A stretch of DNA of 64,000 nucleotides from Terriglobia bacterium. Lineage in GTDB: Bacteria; Acidobacteriota; Terriglobia; 20CM-2-55-15. This document shows, piece by piece, positions 8,884 through 18,950 of the stretch; position 1 is the stretch's first letter, and every line of letters starts with the position of its first letter. The notes beneath the pieces are model-generated. The model was not told the DNA's origin. It did not search any database and saw only the letters and a list, made by a program, of their open reading frames with translations. Position numbers and translations under genes: made by a program. Where the stretch lies: NCBI GenBank assembly GCA_965198225.1, contig CBDAOY010000008.1, positions 832,001 through 896,000 of the forward strand, written 5' to 3'.

Positions 8884-8998
8884 GCGGGGATCGGTACGTC
8901 CGCTTCAACGATTCCACTGAATAGTCGCGTCAGAGTCGGCGGATCGATTCTTTTTCAGTCGAGGGTGGGCGACCTGCCTGGTTGCCCACCCCATTGTT

Positions 8999-10783
8999 CT
9001 AGTTGCTGGAACTCGTCTCTGGTCGGGCCGGCCTCAGCTCCGGCTTGGACCAAGTCCTGAGACTGTGAATACCGAGCGGCAGGCCCTCGCTCAGGAGTCG
9101 ATCATGGAAGTCTTTCAGAGCAACCCCTTCGGCCTCGGCGTCCGTCCTTAACTGCTCGATCGCGCGCTGCCTCAGCCCGGCGACGACACTCATGGGCCTT
9201 CGCACCGCTCGACGGACTTCGCGTTCGGCGGCTGCGCTATCCAAGTGGACTTCTTCCATCAGGAAGTCGACCGCCTCTTGAAAGTTCATCTGCAAGGTGT
9301 GGAGGTTCATTCCCGCGACGATCCGTGCCATAGCTGTGGCCTGTCGGCGCTGCCGTTCGAGTTGGATGCGGGGGTCGTCTTCCAGATAGCCCTGGTCCAG
9401 CATCATTCCTTCGGCATAGAGCGCCCACCCGTCCGAGGACCACGGCCCCTGCAGGATCTGTCGGACCCTTGTCGGCCGGTCTTTCCGCCGCAGTTCGTGG
9501 AGGTAACGTCCGGGAAAGCTCTGACGAGCCGCAATCAGCGGAACGGCGCTCGAATTGTAGGAGCGCATGTGCGCTGCGATGGTTCTCGCGTTCGATTCGC
9601 TGTCGGGAAGGTTCAGCTGCAGGTAAGCGTCGGCGGCGCTGGGCTCCTGAAACCCCGGAACGCTGAGCGATACGAGCCGCAGCGGGCGCAGGAAGGAAGA
9701 CATCTCAAGAGGCTTCAGTCCCTGGTCCGAAGGAAGTGTCACGAGGGCACGATCCACCACGAACTGTTGTGCCCCTGCGAGCGCCTCTTCCACGGTCGCG
9801 AATAACTCGTCCGCGGACGGACTCTCGTTCGATGCGTCCTGCAGAATCGCGGCGACGTCTCCCGACTCGTCGATAGCCATCGCGGCCTGCGACATCGCCT
9901 CCTTGTGTCTCTCGAGCTCACTTTGGCCGTACTCTACGATTTCGGAGAAGGTCATCTCGAGGAAATCATCGTAGAGCAACTTCTCCTGGATGTTTCGTGT
10001 GCCGAGGAAGAAGTCGGTATAGCGATACTGAAGGTTGCCCACCACCTCATCGTTCAAGAACTCCAGGTAGGCCTCATAGGCGGCGACCACAGCATCGTTC
10101 GCAGTCTGGAATTCTTCCAGGAGCGCGGCATCCTCAACCCCTTCCAACGCCTGAGGCAGGTAATCACGGAAATAGGCCAGCGAGGATTCGAACTGATCCG
10201 CGGCAATTCGGGCCAGGACACGCGGAATGTTGTCGATGATGTCCCTGGAACCCTCCAGAACGGCGGGAATCTGGTTCTCACGGGCGATGATCGACCTGAC
10301 CCGAGTCTCGATCGGTGCGGACCCATGATGGAGCAGGCTATCGATGCTTCGACAGATGAGGTCGTCGTAGTATCCAGGGTCACGAGCCCAGTATCCGATC
10401 TTGTCGAAGTTCGACAGCTCGCTCTGGATGTGGTAGTCCAGTATCTGGTAATCGAACTTGTCGTCCTGGCTGAGGAACCTCACTTCGATCGTATTGAGAG
10501 CCTGGAGCGCATCCTGCAGCCGTTTGCGTTCCCCAAATATCTGGTCCCGGTCAACAGGTCCGATCAGATCGTCGTATTCATGGACGCCCAGTTCGGTGGC
10601 AAGCGCCGGGTTGGCTTGTAAGTAACCGTCAATGTATTCATCGACGAGCTCCGTGAACTTCGCTGCCTCACGGCGCTCGAAGAAGTCGTCTTCCCCTCCA
10701 CACCCCAGCAGCAGCAGGGGGCAGAGGAACAGAACCGCGGGGCACAGTCCCGAGGAGAAGCGGGAAAGAAACTCTCTGGACAT
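8999..10783 (-). CDS. DUF885 family lipoprotein
   Basis: Lipobox LLLLGC; PALATELGVH, FPG..H, DGWALYAE and LKDFHDRLL motifs; SD GAGGAGG. Confidence 0.8.
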   Translation of the reverse strand: MSREFLSRFSSGLCPAVLFLCPLLLLGCGGEDDFFERREAAKFTELVDEYIDGYLQANPALATELGVHEYDDLIGPVDRDQIFGERKRLQDALQALNTIEVRFLSQDDKFDYQILDYHIQSELSNFDKIGYWARDPGYYDDLICRSIDSLLHHGSAPIETRVRSIIARENQIPAVLEGSRDIIDNIPRVLARIAADQFESSLAYFRDYLPQALEGVEDAALLEEFQTANDAVVAAYEAYLEFLNDEVVGNLQYRYTDFFLGTRNIQEKLLYDDFLEMTFSEIVEYGQSELERHKEAMSQAAMAIDESGDVAAILQDASNESPSADELFATVEEALAGAQQFVVDRALVTLPSDQGLKPLEMSSFLRPLRLVSLSVPGFQEPSAADAYLQLNLPDSESNARTIAAHMRSYNSSAVPLIAARQSFPGRYLHELRRKDRPTRVRQILQGPWSSDGWALYAEGMMLDQGYLEDDPRIQLERQRRQATAMARIVAGMNLHTLQMNFQEAVDFLMEEVHLDSAAAEREVRRAVRRPMSVVAGLRQRAIEQLRTDAEAEGVALKDFHDRLLSEGLPLGIHSLRTWSKPELRPARPETSSSN

Positions 10784-11048
10784 GACGTCCCTCCTCAACA
10801 TATGGGATTGAAAAGAGGCCCGGTTGAGCTTGATCAACTGAATTCCTGTTAATGGTGGGAAGCATTATCCTAAAAAGGATTCCCGAAGACAACGAAATCG
10901 CGCGCCAGGTCGGCTGGCCGGCTTCCCATCAATCTCATTCGCGGTCGGATAAAACAGTCTTCCGGTGTGCTTTTCGATCCTCTACGGAGGGACGTATGAT
11001 CGGCATTATCTCACTCGCGGGAGGGCGGCAGGCCGGGGGAGGATTGTC

Positions 11049-11171
11049 ATGAAGTCACTATCGGCGTTGCTCTTGTCCTTGTTCGTGTTCCCGTTGGTCC
11101 AGACGACACCCGAGTATTCGATCGAGGCTATACGTTACGGAACGATTCCCGAGTTCAGGCTTGCGGGTCTC
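11049..11171 (+). pseudogene. N-terminal remnant of a secreted N-acyl-homoserine-lactonase-like MBL-fold protein
   Basis: Signal peptide + YSIEAIRYGTIPEF; similarity is lost just before a REP cluster; no HxHxDH motif. Confidence 0.4.
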
Positions 11172-11213
11172 GAGCGAGGGTCGGATCGCGCGCATCAAGT
11201 AAGGCCGGCGGGC

Positions 11214-11400
11214 AAACTCCCCTCCTCAGATGAGGAGGGGTGGCGCGAAGCGCCGGGGTGGTGCTGATCAAAAAATCATAGGGTCGTCGTCGAATCCACG
11301 CTAACGACATCGAACCACCCCGTCTGCGCCTTCGGCGCATCCACCCCTCCTTATGGACAAGGAGGGGAGCCCGAGGTGGCGCGAAGCGCAGAGCGGTTTG
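11214..11400. repeat. Composite REP family A cluster
   Basis: A full unit plus a variant with loop CCCCTCCTT-ATGGAC-AAGGAGGGG. Confidence 0.85.
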
Positions 11401-11505
11401 ACAGGAGGTGAGGCCTGGTTGGTTTATTGCAGCCGCTGTGCTGAAACAGGAAGGCGTTCCCTCAACAACAATCCGTCATCCACGCCGGCACTTTGCCCGC
11501 AGTCC

Positions 11506-11883
11506 TCAAACTTCTTCGTCGAAAACCTTCGCGGCGATCTTCATGCCGTCCCATGCGGCAGGAAACCCCGCGTAGGGCGCCATCTGAAGCATTGCCTCCA
11601 GGATTTCTTCCCGGCTGGCCCCGTTCCCGAGTGCCATCCGGACGTTGAGCTCCAGTCCCGATTGCCTTCCCAGGGCCGTCAGCGCGGCGACTGTGCACAG
11701 GCTTCGGGTCTTGAGGTCGAGGTTTCCTCGCGTCCAGACCTGAGAGGAGAGAAACCCGAGGACGAATTGCTCGAAGTCGGGTGAAAGGCCGCGCCAGCCT
11801 TCCTGAATGCGGGCGGCCTCGTCGTCTCCGAGCATCTGGCGGAGCATCGCCAGGCCGCGTTCCAGGTGTTCGTCGTCGTTCAT
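11506..11883 (-). CDS. Carboxymuconolactone decarboxylase family protein (PcaC-like)
   Basis: VWTRGNLDLKTRSLCTVAAL...ALGNGASREEILE...YAGFPAA. Confidence 0.85.
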   Translation of the reverse strand: MNDDEHLERGLAMLRQMLGDDEAARIQEGWRGLSPDFEQFVLGFLSSQVWTRGNLDLKTRSLCTVAALTALGRQSGLELNVRMALGNGASREEILEAMLQMAPYAGFPAAWDGMKIAAKVFDEEV

Positions 11884-12115
11884 CGAATCAATGCACCGCC
11901 TTCTTGCCTGCGATCCACGACGCCCGTATCTTGCGGGTCTGTTCGAAGGGTAGCACACGCGTGGTCGGGCACTGTTCGAGCAGGAGCCCTCCTGGGCGTG
12001 ACGCTCCCATGGCGTCGCGTCCAGAAGTCCGGCGCGAAAACAGGGCGCAATGTAGAATAAGTGTCCAGCGCGATAGAAGCCACAAGGCTGGGGACGTCGA
12101 CAGCCCGTTCCGTGC

Positions 12116-13075
12116 ATGTTCAACTCCACACACACACTGCTGGGCGTAGCGATAGCGAAGAGCGGGCTGGACCGTTGGACGCCTCACGCTACCGCCACCG
12201 CGGTCATCGCATCGAACTTTCCGGACCTCGATTCATTCACCCTGTTCGCGGACTCCGCCGCGTATCTCGAACATCACAGGGGCATCACGCATTCTGTTTT
12301 TGCGGTTCCGTTCATGGCTGCATTCCTGGCCGCCGTGATTTACCGGCTCTCGCTCCGCGGCCGAAGCCCGGCGACTTTCCGGGGCGTATTCGGTATCTCG
12401 CTGATCGTGATGATGACCCATCCTCTTCTGGACTACCTGAACCCCTACGGAATGCGACCGTTTCTTCCGTTTGACAACACCTGGATTTACGGCGATGCGC
12501 TGTTCATCATTGATCCCACGCTCGACACGATCCTCTTGATGGGGATCATCGGCGGCTACCTGTTTCCCCGGCGACGCGTGGTTTGCGGGGCGGTCGGCCT
12601 GGTCGTGATGGTGTTTTACATCGGGGTCCGTGTCGAACTTCGGTCGCAGGCCCGTGTGAGCCTGGCGGAGTTCGTCGAAACCATCCCGGAAACAAGCGAA
12701 TCGGACGTACTGCCGCAGATGCTGAACCCGTTCCGATGGACCGGGATCGTCGAGTCCGAGACAAAACTGTGGAAGCTGCCCATCGATACCCGCACAGGCC
12801 CGGGCGAACCGGTTCTCGAAATGGACAAGATGCCCGACTCGGTCGCGACGCGCAAGGCCGCACAAGCGGCTACCGCAGCCGTCCTGCTGGAGTTCGCGCG
12901 CTTTCCTTTCATGCTGGAAGAGAAGCTGGAAAATGGATATCGCGTCTACTTCGTTGATTTTCGTTTCTTCAACGAGGTTACCGGGCTCGCCTCAGCCGTC
13001 GTCCTGGATGGAGACCTGAACATCGTGAGCGATGACTGGAGCTTCAACCGGCTAGTGGAGGTGGGGACTAGGTGA
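12116..13075 (+). CDS. Membrane-bound metal-dependent hydrolase (YdjM family)
   Basis: THTLLG, NFPDLD, HRGITHS and THPLLDYLNPYG motifs. Confidence 0.88.
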   Translation: MFNSTHTLLGVAIAKSGLDRWTPHATATAVIASNFPDLDSFTLFADSAAYLEHHRGITHSVFAVPFMAAFLAAVIYRLSLRGRSPATFRGVFGISLIVMMTHPLLDYLNPYGMRPFLPFDNTWIYGDALFIIDPTLDTILLMGIIGGYLFPRRRVVCGAVGLVVMVFYIGVRVELRSQARVSLAEFVETIPETSESDVLPQMLNPFRWTGIVESETKLWKLPIDTRTGPGEPVLEMDKMPDSVATRKAAQAATAAVLLEFARFPFMLEEKLENGYRVYFVDFRFFNEVTGLASAVVLDGDLNIVSDDWSFNRLVEVGTR

Positions 13076-13186
13076 TAGACCGCCGTTCCCCTTTTCTTGT
13101 TCAGGGCTCTTCCCTGGAAAGAACGTATTGAATCCCCGTGCCCTCGATCCCCGGGCGGGGTCAGTTCCGGCAACAGGGGCGACGCA

Positions 13187-14746
13187 TTATCCCTGATAGG
13201 TCAACATCCGATCTGCTTCATCCTTCCCGTAGACCATCCGATAGAACTCTTGCGACAAGGCTTTGAACAGTGCATCGCTTTCATCACCCCCCGATTCCGC
13301 TTTCTTGATTTCCGGATAACGAGATTCCGGAAAACGAACATACAAAGGAAATACTCTTTGCAGCGAGTGAATTTCCTTCGCGGACAGGTAGGGGGGTGGC
13401 ATGTTCAATACAGATTCACCAATCACGGATGTGGTCTGGGCTTCGGGACTTAACCAGCCCTCCTTGATCGCCATTTCTCGCAGAGCTGTTCCCCGGTAAG
13501 GCACAAATATGTTAACGCTCAGAGAATCAAACGTATTGATCTCTCTGTTGAGTGCTACCGATTCGAAAAGCAGGTCCCGAGTTTCGTAGGGGAAGCCGAC
13601 GATGTTGTTCAAGGTATAGGGAATACCCGACTCGGTAACGATCTTGGCCAGATCCAGAATCTTACTGTTGGAAATATTGCGGAAGAGTTTTTCGCGTCGA
13701 TACTTCTCGTTGCCATGCTCGAGCCCAAATGAGATCCGATGACAACCAGCGTCGGATATCCATTCAAGTTTTTCGGCATCGACATCTTCGAAACGGGTCT
13801 GGAACCAGAATGGAAGCCCGAAATCACCATACATGTCGGCAAACGCTTTGGCCTCGGCTTTCGGTCTCGACAAAAACGCATCATCATTGATGTAGAAGAA
13901 ATCTGCATCAAGGTTCTCGCACATCGCGTCGATCTCGCGCCTGAGAGTATCCATGCTCTTTCGGCGGAGGAAGTTTCCCTGCTCGTTCTGTTTCGCGATC
14001 ACAACTTGAGCGGGCGAATTACAGAAGGCACACGTATACGGACACCCCCTGTAAGTCTCGATGGGGATCGTCTTCCAGATCTTCTCCCCCAGTGGGCGCA
14101 GGAACCGTCCTTCGTCGAAAAACGAAAAATCCGGCAGCACGTCATTGATATTCACCAGCGGACGGTTCGGATTCTTGATGACGTTTCCGGCCTCGTCCTT
14201 CGCCCAGGTCCCGGCGATATTGATTGGATCGATTCCATGGCGAACCGCCTCACAAAACTCGACGATTGTCACCTCACCTTCGCCCCGGCCGATGCATCTG
14301 GCGTGTTCATAGGAGAGCACGTAGTCGGGCGCCATCGTCGTCAACACACCCCCGACTAAGGACTTGATTTGGGGATAGTGAGAAAGAGCCTCGAGCAATT
14401 CTCTGGCCTGCGGCCAGGTATCCTCGACAAGGGTGGACAAGATCACGGCATGCGGCCGAAACGCGTCAAGTCTTTCGCAAAAGTCGCCGATCAGGTCGGT
14501 CTTGGGATCGCCGAAGAGCGCATCGGCATCAAACTTTCGACTGTTGAGCAGCGTATTGGCACGAGTGACGGGTAACGCCTCACCTAAGAATTCTATGTTG
14601 GGCTGGTATGGCGTACAGTCGAAAAGGTCTACCTCGTACCCTTGTCCCTTGAGAACGGCGGAAAACAGCCCGACTGCATAGGATGGCGTGAGCATCATGC
14701 TCAAGTTCGGATACACGATCAGTGCCCGGAATTTGTGCTTTTCCAT
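13187..14746 (-). CDS. Cobalamin-binding radical SAM protein (class B methyltransferase-like)
   Basis: N-terminal B12-binding region (GLFSAVLK...VGGVLTT...GEGE), RGCPYTCAFC, GLEHG and IVGFPYET. Visibly AT-richer than its neighbours. Confidence 0.88.
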   Translation of the reverse strand: MEKHKFRALIVYPNLSMMLTPSYAVGLFSAVLKGQGYEVDLFDCTPYQPNIEFLGEALPVTRANTLLNSRKFDADALFGDPKTDLIGDFCERLDAFRPHAVILSTLVEDTWPQARELLEALSHYPQIKSLVGGVLTTMAPDYVLSYEHARCIGRGEGEVTIVEFCEAVRHGIDPINIAGTWAKDEAGNVIKNPNRPLVNINDVLPDFSFFDEGRFLRPLGEKIWKTIPIETYRGCPYTCAFCNSPAQVVIAKQNEQGNFLRRKSMDTLRREIDAMCENLDADFFYINDDAFLSRPKAEAKAFADMYGDFGLPFWFQTRFEDVDAEKLEWISDAGCHRISFGLEHGNEKYRREKLFRNISNSKILDLAKIVTESGIPYTLNNIVGFPYETRDLLFESVALNREINTFDSLSVNIFVPYRGTALREMAIKEGWLSPEAQTTSVIGESVLNMPPPYLSAKEIHSLQRVFPLYVRFPESRYPEIKKAESGGDESDALFKALSQEFYRMVYGKDEADRMLTYQG

Positions 14747-14845
14747 CTAACTAATTCCTTCAAAAAGCATGCTCTGCCCTCTGCCGTATGCCGCCCATAT
14801 TATCAGTTCACAACAAGTCGTGGTGGGTCCAATCGGTCGTCACTT

Positions 14846-14962
14846 CTATGCGACAGGCCAATGGTCGCTTCGCCAGCCTACGGGCAGGGTCGTTCCAAGA
14901 TGACCAAGGACTTTTCTGGAGGCGTCCTCACATAGTTTAGAAAGCTCTACCTGTGTTAACAC
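14846..14962 (-). CDS. Putative 38-aa peptide upstream of the radical SAM gene
   Basis: GTG start 7 nt after GAAGGA; MLTQVELSKLCEDASRKVLGHLGTTLPVGWRSDHWPVA; its RBS block is identical to that of the rSAM gene. Confidence 0.35.
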   Translation of the reverse strand: MLTQVELSKLCEDASRKVLGHLGTTLPVGWRSDHWPVA

Positions 14963-15085
14963 GCCGGATTCCTTCAAAAAGAAGCTCTAGTGGGAAGAGT
15001 AAGGCCTTCCCGCTAGAGATGGGATGAGTACGTGGCAGTTCCTTCGCTCCAGCAAGGGAAATACGGCCCGCGGGACGAACTGACA

Positions 15086-15137
15086 GCTCAAAACAGGAAA
15101 GCCCGGCGACGTGCCGGGCTAAGTTCCTGTTTCTGAG
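15086..15137 (-). terminator. Hairpin terminator downstream of tRNA-Asp
   Basis: AAACAGGAA..AGCCCGGC-loop-GCCGGGCT..TTCCTGTTT. Confidence 0.65.
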
Positions 15138-15211
15138 CGGGGCCGACGAGATTCGAACTCGCGACCTCCGGCGTGACAGGCCGGCGTTCTAACCAGCTGA
15201 ACTACGACCCC
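15138..15211 (-). tRNA. tRNA-Asp (GUC)
   Basis: GGGGTCGTAGTTCAGCTGGTTAGAACGCCGGCCTGTCACGCCGGAGGTCGCGAGTTCGAATCTCGTCGGCCCCG; upstream TTGTAA-17-TATGAT promoter; CCA not encoded. Confidence 0.95.
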
Positions 15212-15270
15212 GTAAGGCAATTCAAGATCATAGCCGGTGGGTCCGGTTCTTACAATAGGCGTGTGTTGCT

Positions 15271-15569
15271 TGGTCAGCACCGCCCCGGGCGCTTCGGTCC
15301 AACCTGGGTTCCCCTCCTTCATCTGAGGAAGGGAATTTTTTTGATCAACACCACCCCGGCGCTTTGCGCCACCCCGGGCTCCCCTCCTTGGATATGGATA
15401 AGGAGGGGTGGATGCGCCGCGAAGCGCAGACGGGGTGGTTTGATCATAATGAACTCCATTCATGTCTGGGCTTGCGCCCGCGCTGCCTCTCCTCAGTCAG
15501 AAGTGGAATCTGTTTGATCAGCACCACCCCGGCGCTTCGCGCCACCCCTCCTCAGATGAGGAGGGGAGT
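15271..15569. repeat. Large BIME-like array of REP family A units
   Basis: Several full or partial TTGATCAGCACCACCCCGGCGCTTCGCGCCACCCCTCCTCAGATGAGGAGGGG units in mixed orientation. Confidence 0.88.
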
Positions 15570-15587
15570 CTTCCAAAAACAAAACAC

Positions 15588-15619
15588 AAAAAAACGGCGG
15601 TCCGGAGACCGCCGTTTTT
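15588..15619. terminator. Bidirectional Rho-independent terminator
   Basis: AAAAACGGCGGTC-CGGA-GACCGCCGTTTTT. Confidence 0.8.
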
Positions 15620-15639
15620 GCTTGTTCGGTGAGTGATTC

Positions 15640-16797
15640 TTAGAAGCCGCCCGGCGGGCCTCTTCGGCGTTTCAGCCGAGGTCTGTCGGGGTCCTCTTCC
15701 ATTTCCGGTTCTTCCTCGGGCTCGACGGTCTTGGTTTCACCGGTTACTACGGTCGGTGCGGCGCCGGGAGCAGTTCTCTTGAGCTTCGGACGATCGTCCT
15801 CGTCCTCGCCCTCCGGGCTTTCCGTCACGACTTCGTCGTCACCTTCGGCGTCTTCGGGCTGCGGACGGGCGGTGCGCCGTCGCAGGCTCGGACCGGTGTC
15901 TTCTTCCTCATCCATCGGCCTGCGGTTCTCGTAAGCGATCAGCATCTGCTGAACGTCCTGGAACTCGGAAGTGGTCAGGACGTACTGGTCTTTTTCGGGC
16001 AGCACGACGCTGATGTTCCGGTTCGTCTTCTTGATCCGGTCCTCGGTCGGCGGATGCGACGCAAAGAGTGAAGACATCGTTCCGGGCTTTGCCGTCTCCC
16101 GAGCCTGCACTTTCTCGAAGAAAGTCACAGCGGCGCCAGGATCGTAACCGGTCTTGTACAGGTATTGCATGCCCAGATAGTCGGCCTCTTCCTCGGCTCC
16201 GCGGGAGAATTTCATGAACTGCATCGGAATCGCGAAGCCTGCGGCCTGGCGGATTCCGAAGCCTGCAACACCACCCAGGAAGATGAGCGGAATCGAGGCC
16301 AGGTTCACGATCTGCCCCTTCGTCTGGTTCTCTGTCCCATGGCGAGCGGTCACGTGGGCGATCTCATGCGCCATGACTCCGGCCAGTTCCGCCTCTTCGT
16401 CAGCCGTGAGTATGATGCCCGTGTTCACGAAGACGAACCCGCCCGGGAGGGCAAAGGCGTTGATGCTGTCGTCTTCGATCACCTTGAACGTGAACGGCAC
16501 CTGGGCGTCGGAGTTCCGGACGATATTCTGCCCGACGCGGTTGACGAACTCGTTGACGACCGGGTCCTTGACGAGCCTGACCTGACGCTCCACCTCGGCG
16601 GCCAACTGGCGTCCGAGCGCGATCTCTTTCTCGAGAGACGTGAAGTTCAGGTTACCCAGTCCCTTGTTGATGTTGCGGTTCCCGATGTTGTCGATATCGG
16701 AGTTCTTGGGCTTTTTCTGTTCCGCCGCGACCATCGGGTTGGCCGTGACGACCACCAGAACCACCGCCATCGCAATCCGGGTAAGCTTATCGAGCAT
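15640..16797 (-). CDS. M48 family metalloprotease (BepA/YfgC-like)
   Basis: INAFALPGG, HEIAH, EEEAD and SHPP motifs; signal peptide; acidic tail. Confidence 0.9.
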   Translation of the reverse strand: MLDKLTRIAMAVVLVVVTANPMVAAEQKKPKNSDIDNIGNRNINKGLGNLNFTSLEKEIALGRQLAAEVERQVRLVKDPVVNEFVNRVGQNIVRNSDAQVPFTFKVIEDDSINAFALPGGFVFVNTGIILTADEEAELAGVMAHEIAHVTARHGTENQTKGQIVNLASIPLIFLGGVAGFGIRQAAGFAIPMQFMKFSRGAEEEADYLGMQYLYKTGYDPGAAVTFFEKVQARETAKPGTMSSLFASHPPTEDRIKKTNRNISVVLPEKDQYVLTTSEFQDVQQMLIAYENRRPMDEEEDTGPSLRRRTARPQPEDAEGDDEVVTESPEGEDEDDRPKLKRTAPGAAPTVVTGETKTVEPEEEPEMEEDPDRPRLKRRRGPPGGF

Positions 16798-16969
16798 GTA
16801 AAATTCTCCGGAAAACTCTGTTACTCCATCCTAAGTACCGGTCCTTCAGGCTGTCAAGGTAATTGGACGATCCACAAACCCTTTTGGAAGAAACCTTTCC
16901 ATAGAAAAGACAAGTCGATTCCCGGGTGGGTTTAAAAAGGGGCGGAGATTTTCCTCGAGGCGGATCTAT

Positions 16970-17686
16970 TCAGATCGAGCGGACGGGCATCTCGACGATG
17001 TCGTCGATGGCGACAAGTTCTTTGACAGTAAAAGGTTCCGCGTATTCGACCCCGATCTGATGACCGTAGAACCTCGATTGGGTCTGGATGCGATCGAGCA
17101 GGCGACCCCAGGCCGGGAACAGTTTCATGATCCCGCTCATGTGCCCGTGAAACTGTGACGCGAAGCAGTTGATGGCTTCGAGCTTCTTTTCGAAGTAGGG
17201 ACTGATGTCCACGACGAAGGACGGGACCACGTCCCAGTAGATCGTCGAATAGAGGATCTTGTGCGGGCGGTGCGATTCGCCTTCGAGATCGAGCTTCTTC
17301 AGCCCGGAAGCGAAACAGGCTTCATAGCCCAGCGTCGCCGCAGTGTAGTGGTCCGGGTGGCGCCCTTCCCAGTAGGGAAGAATCACCGTGCGGGGACGGG
17401 CCCGGCGAACCTGCTGTGCGACCTGGAGTCGGTTCTCGATGGAGTTCGTGAGTCGTGAATCCCCGAGATCCATCACCTGGCGGAAGCTTGCTCCGAGCGT
17501 GACGCGCGCAGCTTCGGCCTCGGCCGCGCGCTGTTCGGGCGTGCCCCGAGTTCCCATCTCACCCTGAGTCAGGTCTAGGATGCCGACGGAGTAGCCGTCG
17601 TCGACCATCTTCAGGATGGTCCCGCCGCACGTCAGCTCGACGTCATCGGGGTGAGCGGCGATCGTCAGGATGTCTACCGGTTCCAT
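16970..17686 (-). CDS. bshB1: Bacillithiol biosynthesis deacetylase BshB1
   Basis: AHPDDVELTCGGT, GEMGTRG, RHPDH and YAEPF motifs. Confidence 0.85.
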   Translation of the reverse strand: MEPVDILTIAAHPDDVELTCGGTILKMVDDGYSVGILDLTQGEMGTRGTPEQRAAEAEAARVTLGASFRQVMDLGDSRLTNSIENRLQVAQQVRRARPRTVILPYWEGRHPDHYTAATLGYEACFASGLKKLDLEGESHRPHKILYSTIYWDVVPSFVVDISPYFEKKLEAINCFASQFHGHMSGIMKLFPAWGRLLDRIQTQSRFYGHQIGVEYAEPFTVKELVAIDDIVEMPVRSI

Positions 17687-17934
17687 AATCTCCCGAGCTT
17701 CCTCTCCAGATCTTGCGAGTCGACCCGATACTTGAAGGCCTTGTTGCCGTTGATCCGCACCACGGGGATCTCCTCTCCGTAGGCTGCCTCCAACGTTGGA
17801 TCGTTTTCGATGTTGATGATCTGGAACTCGAAGGGATAGCGAGAACGAGCCTGTTCGATCACGTCACGGGCCTCGTCGCAAAGATGGCAGCCCGGCTTGG
17901 AGAACATCTCGATCCGGAGCGCCCTATCCGGCAT
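17674..17934 (-). CDS. Glutaredoxin-like protein (DUF836)
   Basis: SKPGCHLCDEA...YGEEIPV. Confidence 0.85.
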   Translation of the reverse strand: MPDRALRIEMFSKPGCHLCDEARDVIEQARSRYPFEFQIINIENDPTLEAAYGEEIPVVRINGNKAFKYRVDSQDLERKLGRLWNR

Positions 17935-18907
17935 TCTCCCTCGCAGAAAGGGATGCCTCCGTCCCGACAGCTTCACACTGATCGTCATCAAAACGGCGGA
18001 AGAACTTTCGGGCGGTGGCGACGTCTACTCGAATCTGGTTCAGGAGGTCCTCAGCGCTCGAGAACTTTTTCTCGTCGCGCAGTCGTTTGAGGAATCGCAG
18101 GCGACCGTCCGCGCCTGCTTCCGGGACGACACCGTCGAGGACATGGGTCTCGATGGTCCGATTCTTTCCACCAAACGTGGGGCGCGTCCCCACGTTGGTC
18201 ACAGCCTGGAGTAAAGATCCTCCATCGACCGCGATCCGCGTGACATAAACGCCGTCTCCGGGCATCAATTCGTTCTGCGATTTCATATTGAGCGTGGGGA
18301 CCGTTTCGCTTCTGCCGCGCCCCGAACCACTGACGATCTCGCCCTCGACTTCGTAGCAGCGGCCCAGCATCCTGCGTGTGGCGCGCACATCGCCGTCGGT
18401 GAGTGCGCGACGGATTCGAGAGCTGCTGACGAAATCACGCCCTGTCGCTACGGGCCCTACTTCGATGACCTCGTAGTGGTCCCGCCATCGAGTCAACGTG
18501 TCCACATCCCCGGCATGCCGGTGTCCGAATCTGAAGTTGTGGCCGACACAAACCGCCTGAACTCTAAAGTGATTGATCAGGTATGTATAGATAAACTCTT
18601 TGGGAGAAAGCTTCGAAAAGTGGTCGTTGAACTCCTGTACGAGAAGGAGGTCAATTCCGATGTCGCCGATCAAGCGGATCTTTTGGTCCAGAGTCGCGAT
18701 GAGCCGGGGCGCGCGGTCCGGCGCGAGGAACCGTAGAGGATGGGGGTCGAAAGTAATCGCGACCGAGATCGTACCGAGCTCCCGGGCACGATCGCGCACC
18801 CGTTCGAGGATCGACCGGTGGCCGCGGTGCAGGCCGTCGAAGTTGCCGATCGTGACGACGCTCGAGCCGCTGATCTGGGCCTCGGCGAGGGAATGTACGA
18901 CCTTCAT
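17924..18907 (-). CDS. ribF: Bifunctional riboflavin kinase/FAD synthetase
   Basis: IGNFDGLHRGH, TFDPHP, PTLN, NVGTRPT and LRDEKKF motifs. Confidence 0.95.
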   Translation of the reverse strand: MKVVHSLAEAQISGSSVVTIGNFDGLHRGHRSILERVRDRARELGTISVAITFDPHPLRFLAPDRAPRLIATLDQKIRLIGDIGIDLLLVQEFNDHFSKLSPKEFIYTYLINHFRVQAVCVGHNFRFGHRHAGDVDTLTRWRDHYEVIEVGPVATGRDFVSSSRIRRALTDGDVRATRRMLGRCYEVEGEIVSGSGRGRSETVPTLNMKSQNELMPGDGVYVTRIAVDGGSLLQAVTNVGTRPTFGGKNRTIETHVLDGVVPEAGADGRLRFLKRLRDEKKFSSAEDLLNQIRVDVATARKFFRRFDDDQCEAVGTEASLSARENAG

Positions 18908-18950
18908 TTTGCTGTTCTCGACCTTTTAAGCATGAGCTACCGTCGGGTCG

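Noticed and set aside
13080-13186. Possible att duplicate of the tRNA-Asp 3' end bounding the rSAM cassette
   Set aside because: Only a short GGCGGGG-type match and no integrase, so the island boundary is unsupported.
15271-15569. Repeat array considered as a CRISPR array
   Set aside because: Units vary in length and orientation, there are no regular spacers, and no cas genes are present; it fits REP/BIME.
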